In this document: positions 13,290-24,739 of the stretch, piece by piece
Layout: each line of letters begins with the position of its first letter
Numbering within the stretch: position 1 is the stretch's first letter
Assembly (NCBI RefSeq): GCF_001194135.2
Contig: NC_068990.1
Span: 47,819,895 to 47,883,894 of the forward strand
Length of the DNA: 64,000 nucleotides
Source: Octopus bimaculoides
Lineage: Eukaryota
Direction: 5' to 3'
Position numbers and translations under genes: made by a program
Notes under the pieces: generated by a model
Databases searched by the model: none
Seen by the model: only the letters and a program-made list of their open reading frames with translations
Told to the model about the DNA's origin: nothing

Positions 13290-14136
13290 ATTGAAAAAGC
13301 TGTTGAAGATTGCTTGAAAGAAGTTAAAAAGCTCACCACTTTCATCACAAGAGGAAGAAAGTATGGCACAGTGGAGGTGCGATTCGCGACTGAAGACGAA
13401 GTGATAAAGCACTCCACTGTAGCCATAAAGACGGAAGAATGGGTACTTTTGCCAACGTACTCTGGCAAGCGTGTTGCCAGGGTGAGAGTAGGAAAAAGTA
13501 CCCCCAGAAATAAATGAAACATGGTTGGTAGCAGCGATAATGTTTATCATGGAGAAAGACGTAAAAATACTTAAAGTGACGAGAACCAAAATGTTAAATT
13601 GCTGGGGTTGTGGCATAGAGATGGCCATACAAGCAAGTTTGAGAGACTTAAACGAAATTGCGGAGGAAATCGTTTCACCAGAGGAAGTGAGACTGAGAGT
13701 GGTAGTGGAGGGTAGGGCTCCTATATGTTATCAATGCAGGGGAAAAGGCCACATGAAGGCGAGGTGCCTCCAGAGAGAGGAGGAAGAACAGATGGAACAG
13801 TCTGAAGAACAGGAGATGGACAAAGTGGTACAAGATGGTGTGAAAGAGACGGTAATAACAGAGGAAGCGTTCACTGTGGTCAAAAAATGAAAAAGAAAAA
13901 AAAGAGTAAGCTCTCCGCCGGAGAGGCAGAAAAAGAAAAGAGAAGAGGATAAGGAGGTTGAGAAGGAGCTTGAGGAGGAGACTGAGAAAGAGGTGACAGT
14001 AGCAAGGGTACTGGCTACACTAGCGGAGGAGGAAGATTTGGGTGGTATATAGAGACAACAGCATGAAAGGGAAGTATCGACATTAACTATAATGGAGGAG
14101 GATAAAGACAGTGTGAAGGCGCCAAGAGTGGAGCAA
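13290..14136 (+). mobile_element. ORF1-only family, N-terminal to middle part of ORF1 (unit D)
   Basis: TTFITRGRKYGTVEVRFATEDE, LRVVVEGRAPICYQCRGKGHMKARC; its last about 290 nt repeat the start of unit C (12425-12715). Confidence 0.8.
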
Positions 14137-14189
14137 TGAAAAAACACTGCTGGATTGACACGAGTGAAATAAGATAGGTAAATCCATAA

Positions 14190-14400
14190 TGAAGCACATG
14201 ATACGTAAGTAGAATACCAATAATAATAGATGCCCTTGATTTTGTGAGTAAATGCCTAACTGACAGCCTGGATAAACTAGGGTTTTCAGAAAAAGAAATC
14301 AACCAACTTGTACATTATTATTATATACAAATACAGTCTGTAAGTGGAACAGTAAAAATATGCAAGACTTTTCTCAAGACATCTACATTCATCTACATTC
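14190..14400 (+). mobile_element. 3' fragment of an RLE-type non-LTR retrotransposon
   Basis: IPIIIDALDFVSKCLTDSLDKLGF...IQIQSVSGTVKICKTFLK parallels the PxxIGALG...QKxxLxGTxxI C-terminus of the RLE LINEs at 51-64 kb. Confidence 0.5.
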
Positions 14401-14569
14401 CAATGATGGAGCTTTGTATCTTTGTAAGAGATCAGCTCCTTCTTCAGAGAAAGAATTTAAATAATTAAAAACAGAAGAGAACATAATACATACATACATA
14501 CACACATGCATGCATACATACATACATACATACATACATACATACACACATACATACATACACAATGAG

Positions 14570-14700
14570 CTTATTTCCATTTATAACTACCAAATTCATT
14601 CTGGTTGGCTGTTGACCCAAGGCTATAATAGAAGTTCCACAGTGTGGGATTTAACCTGAAACTACGTGGATGGGAAGCATACCACACAGCCATACTTTTT
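14570..14700 (-). mobile_element. tRNA-derived SINE, family 1
   Basis: Homologous to 470-640; adjacent to (TACA)n. Confidence 0.7.
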
Positions 14701-14872
14701 GTAAGAGTAACACTTTCTTTTGTATAGAGATGGCAATGGACAAGAACCATACTTTTATATCCTGGTGTTGGATAGATATTTTAGCGAAGCAGGGGGAAAG
14801 AAAGTATTCACATGACACACTATTATTATTGTTACACGAAGTTAAACGTTCTCTGCCAATGACTCAGTGAAC

Positions 14873-15236
14873 TGCTTGAATTCTTTTATTAAGCACACAA
14901 GCTTTTACACAGAGGGGACAGCACAAGGACAGACAGAACGCCACAGTGGGTACAAAAATATAAAACAAATGAAAAATGAGAAAAATGTTATATAAAAAGG
15001 AAAAATGAGATGGCTACATGAGCCCCACTCTCATGCAGTGCCATGTGAACTCAGTGTTTCTAATCTTTTTTCCCTGTTTTTTTCTCCATTAGCATTGTTT
15101 TTGTTCTCTCTTTTTTTTTTTAAACAATTTTACATTTTTTTAAATATCTTATGAATGGTTCCAGTTCTCTTAATTTCACTACTGGTGGCAGCTCGTCAAA
15201 CTCCATCACAAATCCCAGCGGATCAATGTTACACAA
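14873..15236 (-). mobile_element. ORF1-only family, 3' end plus 3'UTR (unit E)
   Basis: Reverse complement of the unit C tail; ends gtgcttaataaaagaattcaagca. Confidence 0.8.
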
Positions 15237-17565
15237 GGCTCAAACACTGAGGACACATACACACATATGCGGGAACAAAAACGCATGAAATGATGAATGC
15301 AAAATGAAATTAATTACAATGAAAATGAGACGGCCATCTCGGCTCCGGTGCGAGATGAAACCGTGATTTCCTTTTTATTTTTAACATCAAATTTTAACGA
15401 AAAAGTCTCTACGCATGTAATTTTTTTATTACTCACAAGGGGTGAACACAAAGGGGACATACACAGATATGCGGGAACAAAAAACATGAAAAGATGAATA
15501 CAAAATTAAATTAATTACAATGAAAATGAGACGGCTATCTCCGAGATGAAACCGCGATTTCCTTATTCTTTTTAACCTTACATTTTAACGAAAAACTTTT
15601 TACGAATGTTCATTCAACCGAGATGGTTACAGGATTTACTTTTTTTTAAAAAAAACAAAAGTTTAACCAACATTTTTTTACGAGTCTTTTCACAATCTTA
15701 AAACAAATCATAACTTACCATTCTATCTTCTCTTTTATGTCAACATAATCCACCACCAAGGCACCTCCTGCCCCAGTGGATTCAGGTCCGGAGGAAAAGC
15801 TTCCTTCAAAGCATTATACTTTCCATCATCCATTAGGATACACCTCATTGTCTTGTCGTAACCTTCTCCTAAGTTCACTTTTACAATGGTTTTCAATTTT
15901 GAAATTCTTCTCTCTAACTTTTGCGTTGTCCTATATTTCACTAGAAAAAGCCTTACTTCTCTGTGCGTCTTGTATGTCTGTGTTTTGTGACTGTGACTCT
16001 GTGTTTTTCTGCTTCTGTAATTCTAGGTTATCCTGTGATTGTCTGTCTATGCTTTTCTGTGATTGCATATCAGTGTATTTGTGAATCTGTGTGTTTGTGT
16101 GACTGTAAATCTGCGTGTTCCGTCTGTGCATCTGCGTTTTTAGGTTTCTATGATTCTGAGTTATCTCGTATCTGTTTGTCTATAGTTCTGTGTGTTTTCA
16201 TGTCAGTGTGTTTGTGTATCTGTGGTTCTGAATGTTTAAATACTTGCACATCTTTGCTTTTGCTCGGTAATGAATCCTTATCTGTAGCATTTTTCACTTG
16301 TGATCCTACTGGCGAACTTTTCCTGCTTTTCTTTGTAGGTTGGTTTACTTCTCCTTCCATGGCTTTGTATTTTTTCTGTTCCATTATCGTTGATGACCTC
16401 CTCCTCTCTCTTTTTCTTGATTTAACCTTCACAAAATCACCATCTTGTTCTGTTATCTGATTCTGCTGTTTCTCCCCCATTATATTCTCCTGAATACTCT
16501 CCTCTACGATTTCCACTGCTACTCTAGGGCATTTCTTTCTTAAGTGACCTCCTTCACCACATTCGTGACAATTTGGGGGCTTCCCCTCCAACATTATCTC
16601 CAGCTTTATTTCATTTGGTAGCTCTAAAGTTTCATATTTTTTATTGCCAACAAGGGGCTTAAACATAGCGGGGACAAACAAGGACAGACAAAGTGATTAA
16701 GTCGATTACATCGACACCAGTATGTAACTGGTACTTAATTTATCGACTCCGAAAGGATGAAAGGCAAAGTCGACCTCTGCGGAATTTGAGCTCAGAACGT
16801 AACGGCAGACAAAATGGCGCTAAGCATTTCGCTCAGCGTGCTAACGTTTCTGCCAGCTCACCGCCTTAGCTCTAAAGTTTCAGTTATTCCGTCATAATAT
16901 TTGTGGCTCACTGCACAAATTACCTCTATTCCATAGCCTTGCCACTTCACTTGTTCGGTCCGGCTTATCATGCCCATCCTCACCTCTTCGCTCTTTCTCT
17001 TCTTATCTCCGAAAAAAAATCGACGCTATTATCCCCTCTGGTTCTATACACGGTGGGATTCTTCCCACTCTAATTCTAACAATTCGTTTATCCAAACAGT
17101 TTTGCAGCAATGTCCATTTCTCTCCCTGTATCATCCTCTTGGAGGATTTTTCCGTCTCCTCCTCTGATACAAAGGATACCTCTATAGACGCATATCTCTT
17201 TCCTCTCGTAAAGAACGCTGTGTTGTCTCCTATATGTCTTTCCAAAATTTCTATTTCTTCCTGCGGCGCGTTTTCCATTCTTCTGTTTTTATTTGAATAT
17301 TACCGTCATCTTTTCCATTTCAGTTTTTCCTCTTCTGGCAGGGTCAGTTTTATATTTGAACTCTCCTTCTTTGCCATATTACTATATTTCATTATCAGCT
17401 CTCTATTGCACTGCAACAACTCCTGTTTCAGCACACACGGGTCAACGGGTACTCGACCTCCAGCAGCTTCTGCATGACTTCTCATTCTTCACAATTATTC
17501 ACTACCACCAAACAATGGCGGTCGCATAAAAAACCCCGCAGCAAAGCAAAAACACAAACGCTCAC
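15237..17565 (-). mobile_element. Divergent ORF1-only Tx1-like element (unit H) with duplicated 3'UTR segment
   Basis: FFTRGKRYASIEVSF..., IMLEGKPPNCHECGEGGHLRKKCP, QKHTD-type minisatellite, C-terminal KLKTIVKVNLGEGYDKTMRCILMDDGKYNALKE. 3'UTR has an about 200-nt tandem duplication (15255-15610). No ORF2. Confidence 0.75.
16635..16866 (-). mobile_element. tRNA-derived SINE, family 2, inserted in unit H ORF1
   Basis: Perfect 16-bp TSD tagctctaaagtttca at 16619-16634 and 16867-16882. Body aaggcggtgagctggcagaaacgttagcacg...ttcaaattccgc...gtcgactttgcctttcatcc. Confidence 0.9.
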
Positions 17566-18124
17566 ACCAATAAATGATGATAAAATGGTTGCATTGAGCC
17601 CCACTCTCATGCAGTAGCATTTGAACGTATTTACGCATAGTTTACAATCCATTTATCCCCCTGTTTTTTTTCTCTCCATTAGCAATTGTTTTTTAAACAA
17701 TTTTAAACAATTTTACTTTTTTTCTTTTTTTAATACCTTATGAATGGTTCCAGTTCTCTTAATTCCACTACTGACGGCAGTTCGTCAAACTCCACTACAA
17801 ATCCCGGCGGATCAATGTTACACATTTCCTTCAACCTATTGTATCTGTCTTTATCAATTACAATGGCTTTCACATTTTCTCCGTACGTATTATAGGTAGC
17901 TTAACCTATTTCTATTTTTCGTGATGACACTTTCAGTGTTTTACATATCACTGTTCTCTTCCATACTCCGTTCGTTAGTTCGTCTGGTGGCGCCATAAGG
18001 CCTTTTTTTTCCAGTAACATACCGCATTCTTTTAGCATTTTCGTGCGAAACTCCAAAACATCCACGTCCACTCCTTTGCCAGTTGCTACCGCATAACTGT
18101 GGCCTTTTGCTGGTCCAACCTTTT
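17566..18124 (-). mobile_element. ORF1-only family, heavily internally deleted copy (unit F1)
   Basis: ORF1 start region (ggttggaccagcaaaaggccacag) joined directly to the C-terminal domain, followed by a truncated 3'UTR. Confidence 0.75.
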
Positions 18125-19725
18125 TTAAATATTTTATGAATGTTTCCAGTTATCTTAATTCCACTACTGGCCACAGTTCGGCAAACTCCACCACAAATCC
18201 CGATGGATCAATGTTACACATTTCCTTCAACCTGTTGTATTTGTCTTTATCAATTACAATGGCTTTTACATTCTTTCCGTACGTATTCGCAGGTAACATA
18301 ACCCTTATAACAGATTTAAACTTCATTATCATTCTTTCAGTTGCTGTGCTCTTAGCATATGTAACGAAATTCCATCTGTGCTTTCTCGGCCTTCTCGCTT
18401 CTTTGCCTTTACTTTGCTCCACTCTTGGCGCCTTCTCTCTGTCTTTACCCTCTTCCATTTTCGTTAGTGTGGTTTTTCTTCATGCTGTTGTCTTTCTAAA
18501 TCGCCTAAAACTTCCTCCTCCACTTGTATCACTTGTACCCTTGCTACTGTCTCCTTTTTCTCGAGCTCCTCCTCAACCTCTTTCTTAATCTCCTTTTCAC
18601 TCTCCTTCTCAACCTCCTTCTCAGCCTCCTTATCCTCTTCTTTTTTCTCTTTCTGCCTCTCCGGCTGAGAGCTTACACTTTCTTTCCTCTTTCGTTTTTT
18701 ATCTACTGTAAATTCTTCCTTTGTTCTTGCTGTCTCTTTCTCATCATCCTATACCACTTCGTTCATCCTCTCCTGCTCCTCAGACCATTCTATCTGTTGC
18801 TCCCTCTCTTCTCTCTAGGGTCATCTCGCTTTCATATGGCCTTTCTCGTCATACAGATAGCATATGGTAGGTCTACCCACCACTACTACTCTCAGTCTCA
18901 TATCTTCGAGTATATCACAGAATTATCTCCTCCGCAATTTTGTTCAGGACACTTAAACTTGTCTGTATGGCCATCTCTATGTCACAACCCCAGCAATTTA
19001 ACCTTTTGGTTCGCGTCACTTTAAGTATTTTTACGTCTTTCTCCATGATAAACATTATCGCTACTACCAACCATGTTTCATTTATTTCTGGGGGGTACTT
19101 TTTCCTACTCTCACCCTGGCAACACGCTTGCCAGAGTACGTTGGCAAAAGTACCCATTCTTCCGTCTTTATGGCTACAGTGGAGTGCTTTATCGCTTCGT
19201 CTTCGGTTGCGAATCGCACCTCCACAGTGTCATATCTTCTTCCTCTTGTGATGAAAGTGGTGAATTTTTTTCACTTCTTTTAAGCGTTCTTCAATGTCTT
19301 CGATTGATGGTATTTCAATTTTTTCGGGACGACACTTTCAGCGTTTTATATGTCACTGTCTTCCTCCTTACACTGTTCGTTAGTTCGTCTGGTGGCGTCA
19401 ATTTTAGGTTATGGCCTTCTTTTTCCAGTGACGTCCGGCATTGTTTTAGCTTTTTCGGCTCTGTCTTTATCTCGCAAACCTCCAAAGCGTCCACATCCGC
19501 TCCTATGCCAGTTGCTGCCTCATAACTGTGGCCTTTTGCTGGTCCAACCTCCATTTCTCTTCTCTTCTGAGGTTCTCCTATAAATGGGTAGAAAAACACA
19601 AATTAACAGACTCGTAAATAAAAACAGTTACAGCAATTACAACAGACAACAAGCGTGGCACACCAACGACGGAGACCTTTAACAAATATAACAAAAGATC
19701 ATCACTTACTTCACTCGGAATTGCA
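18125..19725 (-). mobile_element. ORF1-only family, near-complete 5'UTR plus ORF1 (unit F2)
   Basis: ATG near 19554 (MEVGPAKGHSYEAATG...), RRM-like TVEVRF region, degenerate CCHC, E/K-rich linker, C-terminal domain to about 18150; broken by frameshifts. Confidence 0.8.
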
Positions 19726-19730
19726 AGGAT

Positions 19731-20764
19731 TGCTTCAATTCTTTTATTAAGCACTCAGTCTTTTACACAGAGGGGACAGCACAAGGACAGACAGAACGCC
19801 ACAGCGGGCACAAAGAACATAAAACGAATGAAAAATGAGAAAAATGTTATATAAAAATAAAAAATGGGATGGCTACATGAGCCCCACTCTCATGCAGTAC
19901 CATTTTAACGTCTTTACTCATAGTTTATAATTTTTTCCACCCCCCTCTGTTTTTTCTCCATTAGCATATCGGTTTTACTCATAGTTTATAATCTTTTTCC
20001 CCCCTGTTTTTTTTTCTCCATTAGCATCGGTTTTGTTTTCTTTTTTTCAAAAAAAGAATTTTACTTTGTTTTTAATATCTTATGAATTGTTTCAGTTATC
20101 CTAATTCCACTACTGGTGGCAGTTCGTCAAACTCCACTACAAATCCCGGCGGATCAATGTTACACATTTCCTTCAACCTGTTGTATCTGTCTTTATCAAG
20201 TACAATGGCTTTCACATTCTCTCCGTACGTATCCACAGGCAACATAACCCTTATAACAGATTTTAAACTTCGTTATCTTTCTTTCAGTTGCTGTGCTCTT
20301 AGGATATATAACGTCTTTCTCCATGATAAACATTATCGCTGCTACCAACCATGTTTCATTTATTTCTGGGGGTACTTTTCCTACTCTCACTCTGGCAACA
20401 CACTTGCCAGAGTACGTTTGCAAAAGTACCCATTCTTCCGTCTTTATGGCTTCAGTGGAGTGCTTTATCGCTTCGTCTTCGGTTGCGAATCGCACCTCCA
20501 CAGTGCAATATCTTCTTCCTCTTGTTATGAAGCGCTCTTCAATGTCTTCGATTGATGGTATTTCAATTTTTCGGGACGACACTTTCAGCGTTTTATATGT
20601 CACTGTCTTCCTCCTTACACTGTTCGTTAGTTCGTCTGGTGGCATCAATTTTAGGTTATGGCCTTCTTTTTCCAGTAACATTACGCATTCTTTTAGAATT
20701 TTCTAAAACATCCACGTTCACTCCTCTGCCAGTTGCTGCCGCATAACTGTGGCCTTTTGCTGGT
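19731..20764 (-). mobile_element. ORF1-only family, internally deleted copy with full tail (unit G)
   Basis: 161-aa ORF 20196-20681 joins FIMEKDV to YPKSTATERK (knuckle and linker removed); tail ends gtgcttaataaaagaattgaagca. Confidence 0.8.
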
Positions 20765-21601
20765 TAAATCTTTCACAGAAAAGGTTTATNNNNNNNNNNN
20801 NNNNNNNNNNNNNNNNNNNNNNNNNNNNNNNNNNNNNNNNNNNNNNNNNNNNNNNNNNNNNNNNNNNNNNNNNNNNNNNNNNNNNNNNNNNNNNNNNNNN
20901 NNNNNNNNNNNNNNNNNNNNNNNNNNNNNNNNNNNNNNNNNNNNNNNNNNNNNNNNNNNNNNNNNNNNNNNNNNNNNNNNNNNNNNNNNNNNNNNNNNNN
21001 NNNNNNNNNNNNNNNNNNNNNNNNNNNNNNNNNNNNNNNNNNNNNNNNNNNNNNNNNNNNNNNNNNNNNNNNNNNNNNNNNNNNNNNNNNNNNNNNNNNN
21101 NNNNNNNNNNNNNNNNNNNNNNNNNNNNNNNNNNNNNNNNNNNNNNNNNNNNNNNNNNNNNNNNNNNNNNNNNNNNNNNNNNNNNNNNNNNNNNNNNNNN
21201 NNNNNNNNNNNNNNNNNNNNNNNNNNNNNNNNNNNNNNNNNNNNNNNNNNNNNNNNNNNNNNNNNNNNNNNNNNNNNNNNNNNNNNNNNNNNNNNNNNNN
21301 NNNNNNNNNNNNNNNNNNNNNNNNNNNNNNNNNNNNNNNNNNNNNNNNNNNNNNNNNNNNNNNNNNNNNNNNNNNNNNNNNNNNNNNNNNNNNNNNNNNN
21401 NNNNNNNNNNNNNNNNNNNNNNNNNNNNNNNNNNNNNNNNNNNNNNNNNNNNNNNNNNNNNNNNNNNNNNNNNNNNNNNNNNNNNNNNNNNNNNNNNNNN
21501 NNNNNNNNNNNNNNNNNNNNNNNNNNNNNNNNNNNNNNNNNNNNNNNNNNNNNNNNNNNNNNNNNNNNNNNNNNNNNNNNNNNNNNNNNNNNNNNNNNNN
21601 N

Positions 21602-22513
21602 CCCGTTCATCGGACAGTTTTGTTAGAAATGGAGAAAGGATAACAATGCAATCGAAAGTAATATAAAATTTAAAACACATGGATTCGTTTGATTGGTTGT
21701 TTCAAATAACGGCCATGGATTGGTCGTTTCAATTAACGGTCAAGGATGCGTAATGCACAGACCAAATAAATTTAATACAGATTCATCCTATTAAAAAAAA
21801 TATCGAAGAAAACCTTAAATAGAAAAATGGGCTCAAAATACATATTGTAAATAATTAATTATATTCGAATTAACGCATTAAAATCAAATCAATAAAATAA
21901 AGTATACGCTGCATTCAAAATAAAATAAAATAAAATTACAATAGCGTGTATGTATACAAGGCTATACACAACATTAAAAAAATAAATAGAATAGAATGAA
22001 GTAAAAAGTAAAAACAAGAGAGAAGAAAAATTATGTATATAACAGACGAAGGTTTTCTTAAAATGACGTAGGGGTCTTTACAAAATTCTCACAACGCTAA
22101 ATAAATCATTTATAATTCGGTACCAATCCAATAGCCAGATTGCAGAATGGTTATAAGGAGTCGATCATAGTCCAAAATTTTTACCCATATGGAATATTAC
22201 ATGCAGACATTTTAAATTTGGACGCATGCCTACATGTGTTTAAAAGTTCGCGTCTTTGGTTTAGCGCCTTCTTATCCTGGAACAAGATATTCATTTTTTC
22301 TAATAAACAAAGATCACATTTCAATGGTCTCTTATGGGCACCGTGTCTGTAAGGCGATGCTTTGCCTAAAATCCTCCATGTCACGCTTATTTTATTTTAT
22401 TTTGAATGCAGCGTATACTTTATTTTATTGATTTGATTTTAATGCGTTAATTCGAATATAATTAATTATTTACAATATGTATTTTGAGCCCATTTTTCTA
22501 TTTAAGGTTTTCT
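21602..22513 (-). mobile_element. 5'-truncated Penelope-like element with inverted pseudo-LTR
   Basis: WRILGKASPY...KCDLCLLEK...LNQRRELLNTCRHASKF (PLE endonuclease C-terminus, 22181-22384). 21807-21933 is the reverse complement of 22388-22513; both sides end in N gaps. Confidence 0.8.
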
Positions 22514-23139
22514 NNNNNNNNNNNNNNNNNNNNNNNNNNNNNNNNNNNNNNNNNNNNNNNNNNNNNNNNNNNNNNNNNNNNNNNNNNNNNNNNNNNNNNN
22601 NNNNNNNNNNNNNNNNNNNNNNNNNNNNNNNNNNNNNNNNNNNNNNNNNNNNNNNNNNNNNNNNNNNNNNNNNNNNNNNNNNNNNNNNNNNNNNNNNNNN
22701 NNNNNNNNNNNNNNNNNNNNNNNNNNNNNNNNNNNNNNNNNNNNNNNNNNNNNNNNNNNNNNNNNNNNNNNNNNNNNNNNNNNNNNNNNNNNNNNNNNNN
22801 NNNNNNNNNNNNNNNNNNNNNNNNNNNNNNNNNNNNNNNNNNNNNNNNNNNNNNNNNNNNNNNNNNNNNNNNNNNNNNNNNNNNNNNNNNNNNNNNNNNN
22901 NNNNNNNNNNNNNNNNNNNNNNNNNNNNNNNAACCACTACCCCACCTTCACATCATCACACCCCAACATAGTCACCAGCTCCTATCCACACGCACATACA
23001 CATCTCACATACACACACGCACGTGCACCTACATTTTGGGATCACCAGTACTTTATTATCTCCCCTTCTTCCTAGCTCTCCTGTCCAACTACCTTTGTCC
23101 AACCAGTCACCATGATTGACCACGACATGCTTTTTTTTA

Positions 23140-23290
23140 GTTTCCATCTACCAAATCCACTCACAAGGCTTTGGTCAGCCTGAAGCTATTGTAGGAGACA
23201 CTTGCTCAAGGTGCCATGCAGTACGATGAGAACCCAGAACCATGTGATTGGTAAGCAAGGTACTTACCACACAGCCATGCCTGCACCTAT
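23140..23290 (-). mobile_element. tRNA-derived SINE, family 1
   Basis: Homologous to 470-640. Confidence 0.75.
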
Positions 23291-24739
23291 ATTATTTTAT
23301 TCTATTACTTGTTTCAGCCGTTTGACTGCGGCCATGCTGGAGCACCACCTTAAAATTAATAAAGATCAGGAGAATGGAGATTTACACATCCATGTTTTAT
23401 TATACAGTTATTTGCAACATTCTTTCCTTGGACGTACACAGGTTTTGGCTGAATCCATCGCACACTGTTTTGGGTGCACCTTGGTGTTAATTGTTGGTGC
23501 GCGCACGCACGCACACACACGCACACACACACACACACACTTACACAATTGTTTGCAGAATCCAATAGAATCGAAGTGTTTTTGATAATAAGGATCCAAG
23601 GTAGAGTCCAGAACTACGTACCTGTGTATCAACAGTGTGTATGGACACTCACATACTTACTAGAGTATATATGGATTTGTCCTTCCAGTTATGCATGCAT
23701 CTACACATATAGACCAAATACACTCAATGTATATGTAAAATCACACAAGGGTATACTCTGGTTCAAGATCCAACGCAGGGGAGGTTCTGAGTGTGGTGTA
23801 GTATAAATAATAACACAAATGAGCTGAGGTTCACTACAGCTGTTTCAGACATGTTTTTTATTGATAAACAAATTAATTACATCTTGTGAATTAAACAAAT
23901 TAATTACATCAGGTGAATTAAAATTAAAATCCAAAATTTGATATTTAGGATTTTCCCCCCAAAAGGTATAAAATGTATTTAGAATGTATTTTGATTCTCT
24001 CATCTTGATGTCAGTTGACTCTCTCTCTCTCTGTCAGTCACCCTCCTGCTCTCCACTTCCATCTCTTGCATAATTGGTGGTTACTTATTCCCTTTCTTCT
24101 CCCATTCCCCGTCTCTCACCTCTGTACTATTATACAACCTCCACCCACCCACTCTCACAGTCCTGCCTTACTCATTTCTACCCACCTCACCACCACTATT
24201 TTTACTGCTTTCTATTTTCACCTTATCACTCCCATCCTCTCTCCTAAAATGTCAGTTGTCACAACATGAAACCTGTTCTATTTTAACCTTTTCTCTCATA
24301 CTTTTACCCCACATCTCCCAGCATAAAGTAGTCCCCTAGGGAATTTGTGGTCTTGCAAACTGCATGGGGACCTCACTAGGTAGCATGGGAAAGATGCTTA
24401 GTATACATGTAAAGTGATTGGTGTTAGGAAAGTTGTTCAGTTGTAAAAAACCATACCAAAGCAGACACTGGAGAACAATGCAGTCTTTGGGCTCATCAAA
24501 TCCTATCCAATCATCCAACTCATATCAGAATGAAACATACACATTTAATGACGATGCTATATATATATTTAAAGCCATAGCTGTCACTTGCAAGCAAATA
24601 TGACATAGCAACATGTGCCATGCTTTTGTTTTAGTCATTTGTTTTAGCTATGTAGCCACAAGCAGATGTAAGCATCCTCTTAACTCCAGTACCTTTGACT
24701 GAATAGATTATCAGGAACTGAAGATTTGAGACATGGAGG

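Noticed and set aside
21602-21625. Possible hammerhead start (minus strand ctgtCCGATGAacggg) in the foldback Penelope 3'UTR
   Set aside because: The core reads CCGAUGA rather than CUGAUGA and the rest falls in an N gap, so it cannot be evaluated.
20718-22971. Long ORFs in the supplied track spanning N runs (also 4084-4438, 52970-53334, 61269-62396)
   Set aside because: They are open only because N codons contain no stops.
23790-23815. TATA-like gtataaataa as the promoter of paralog B
   Set aside because: Such motifs are expected by chance in AT-rich DNA, and there is no supporting evidence.
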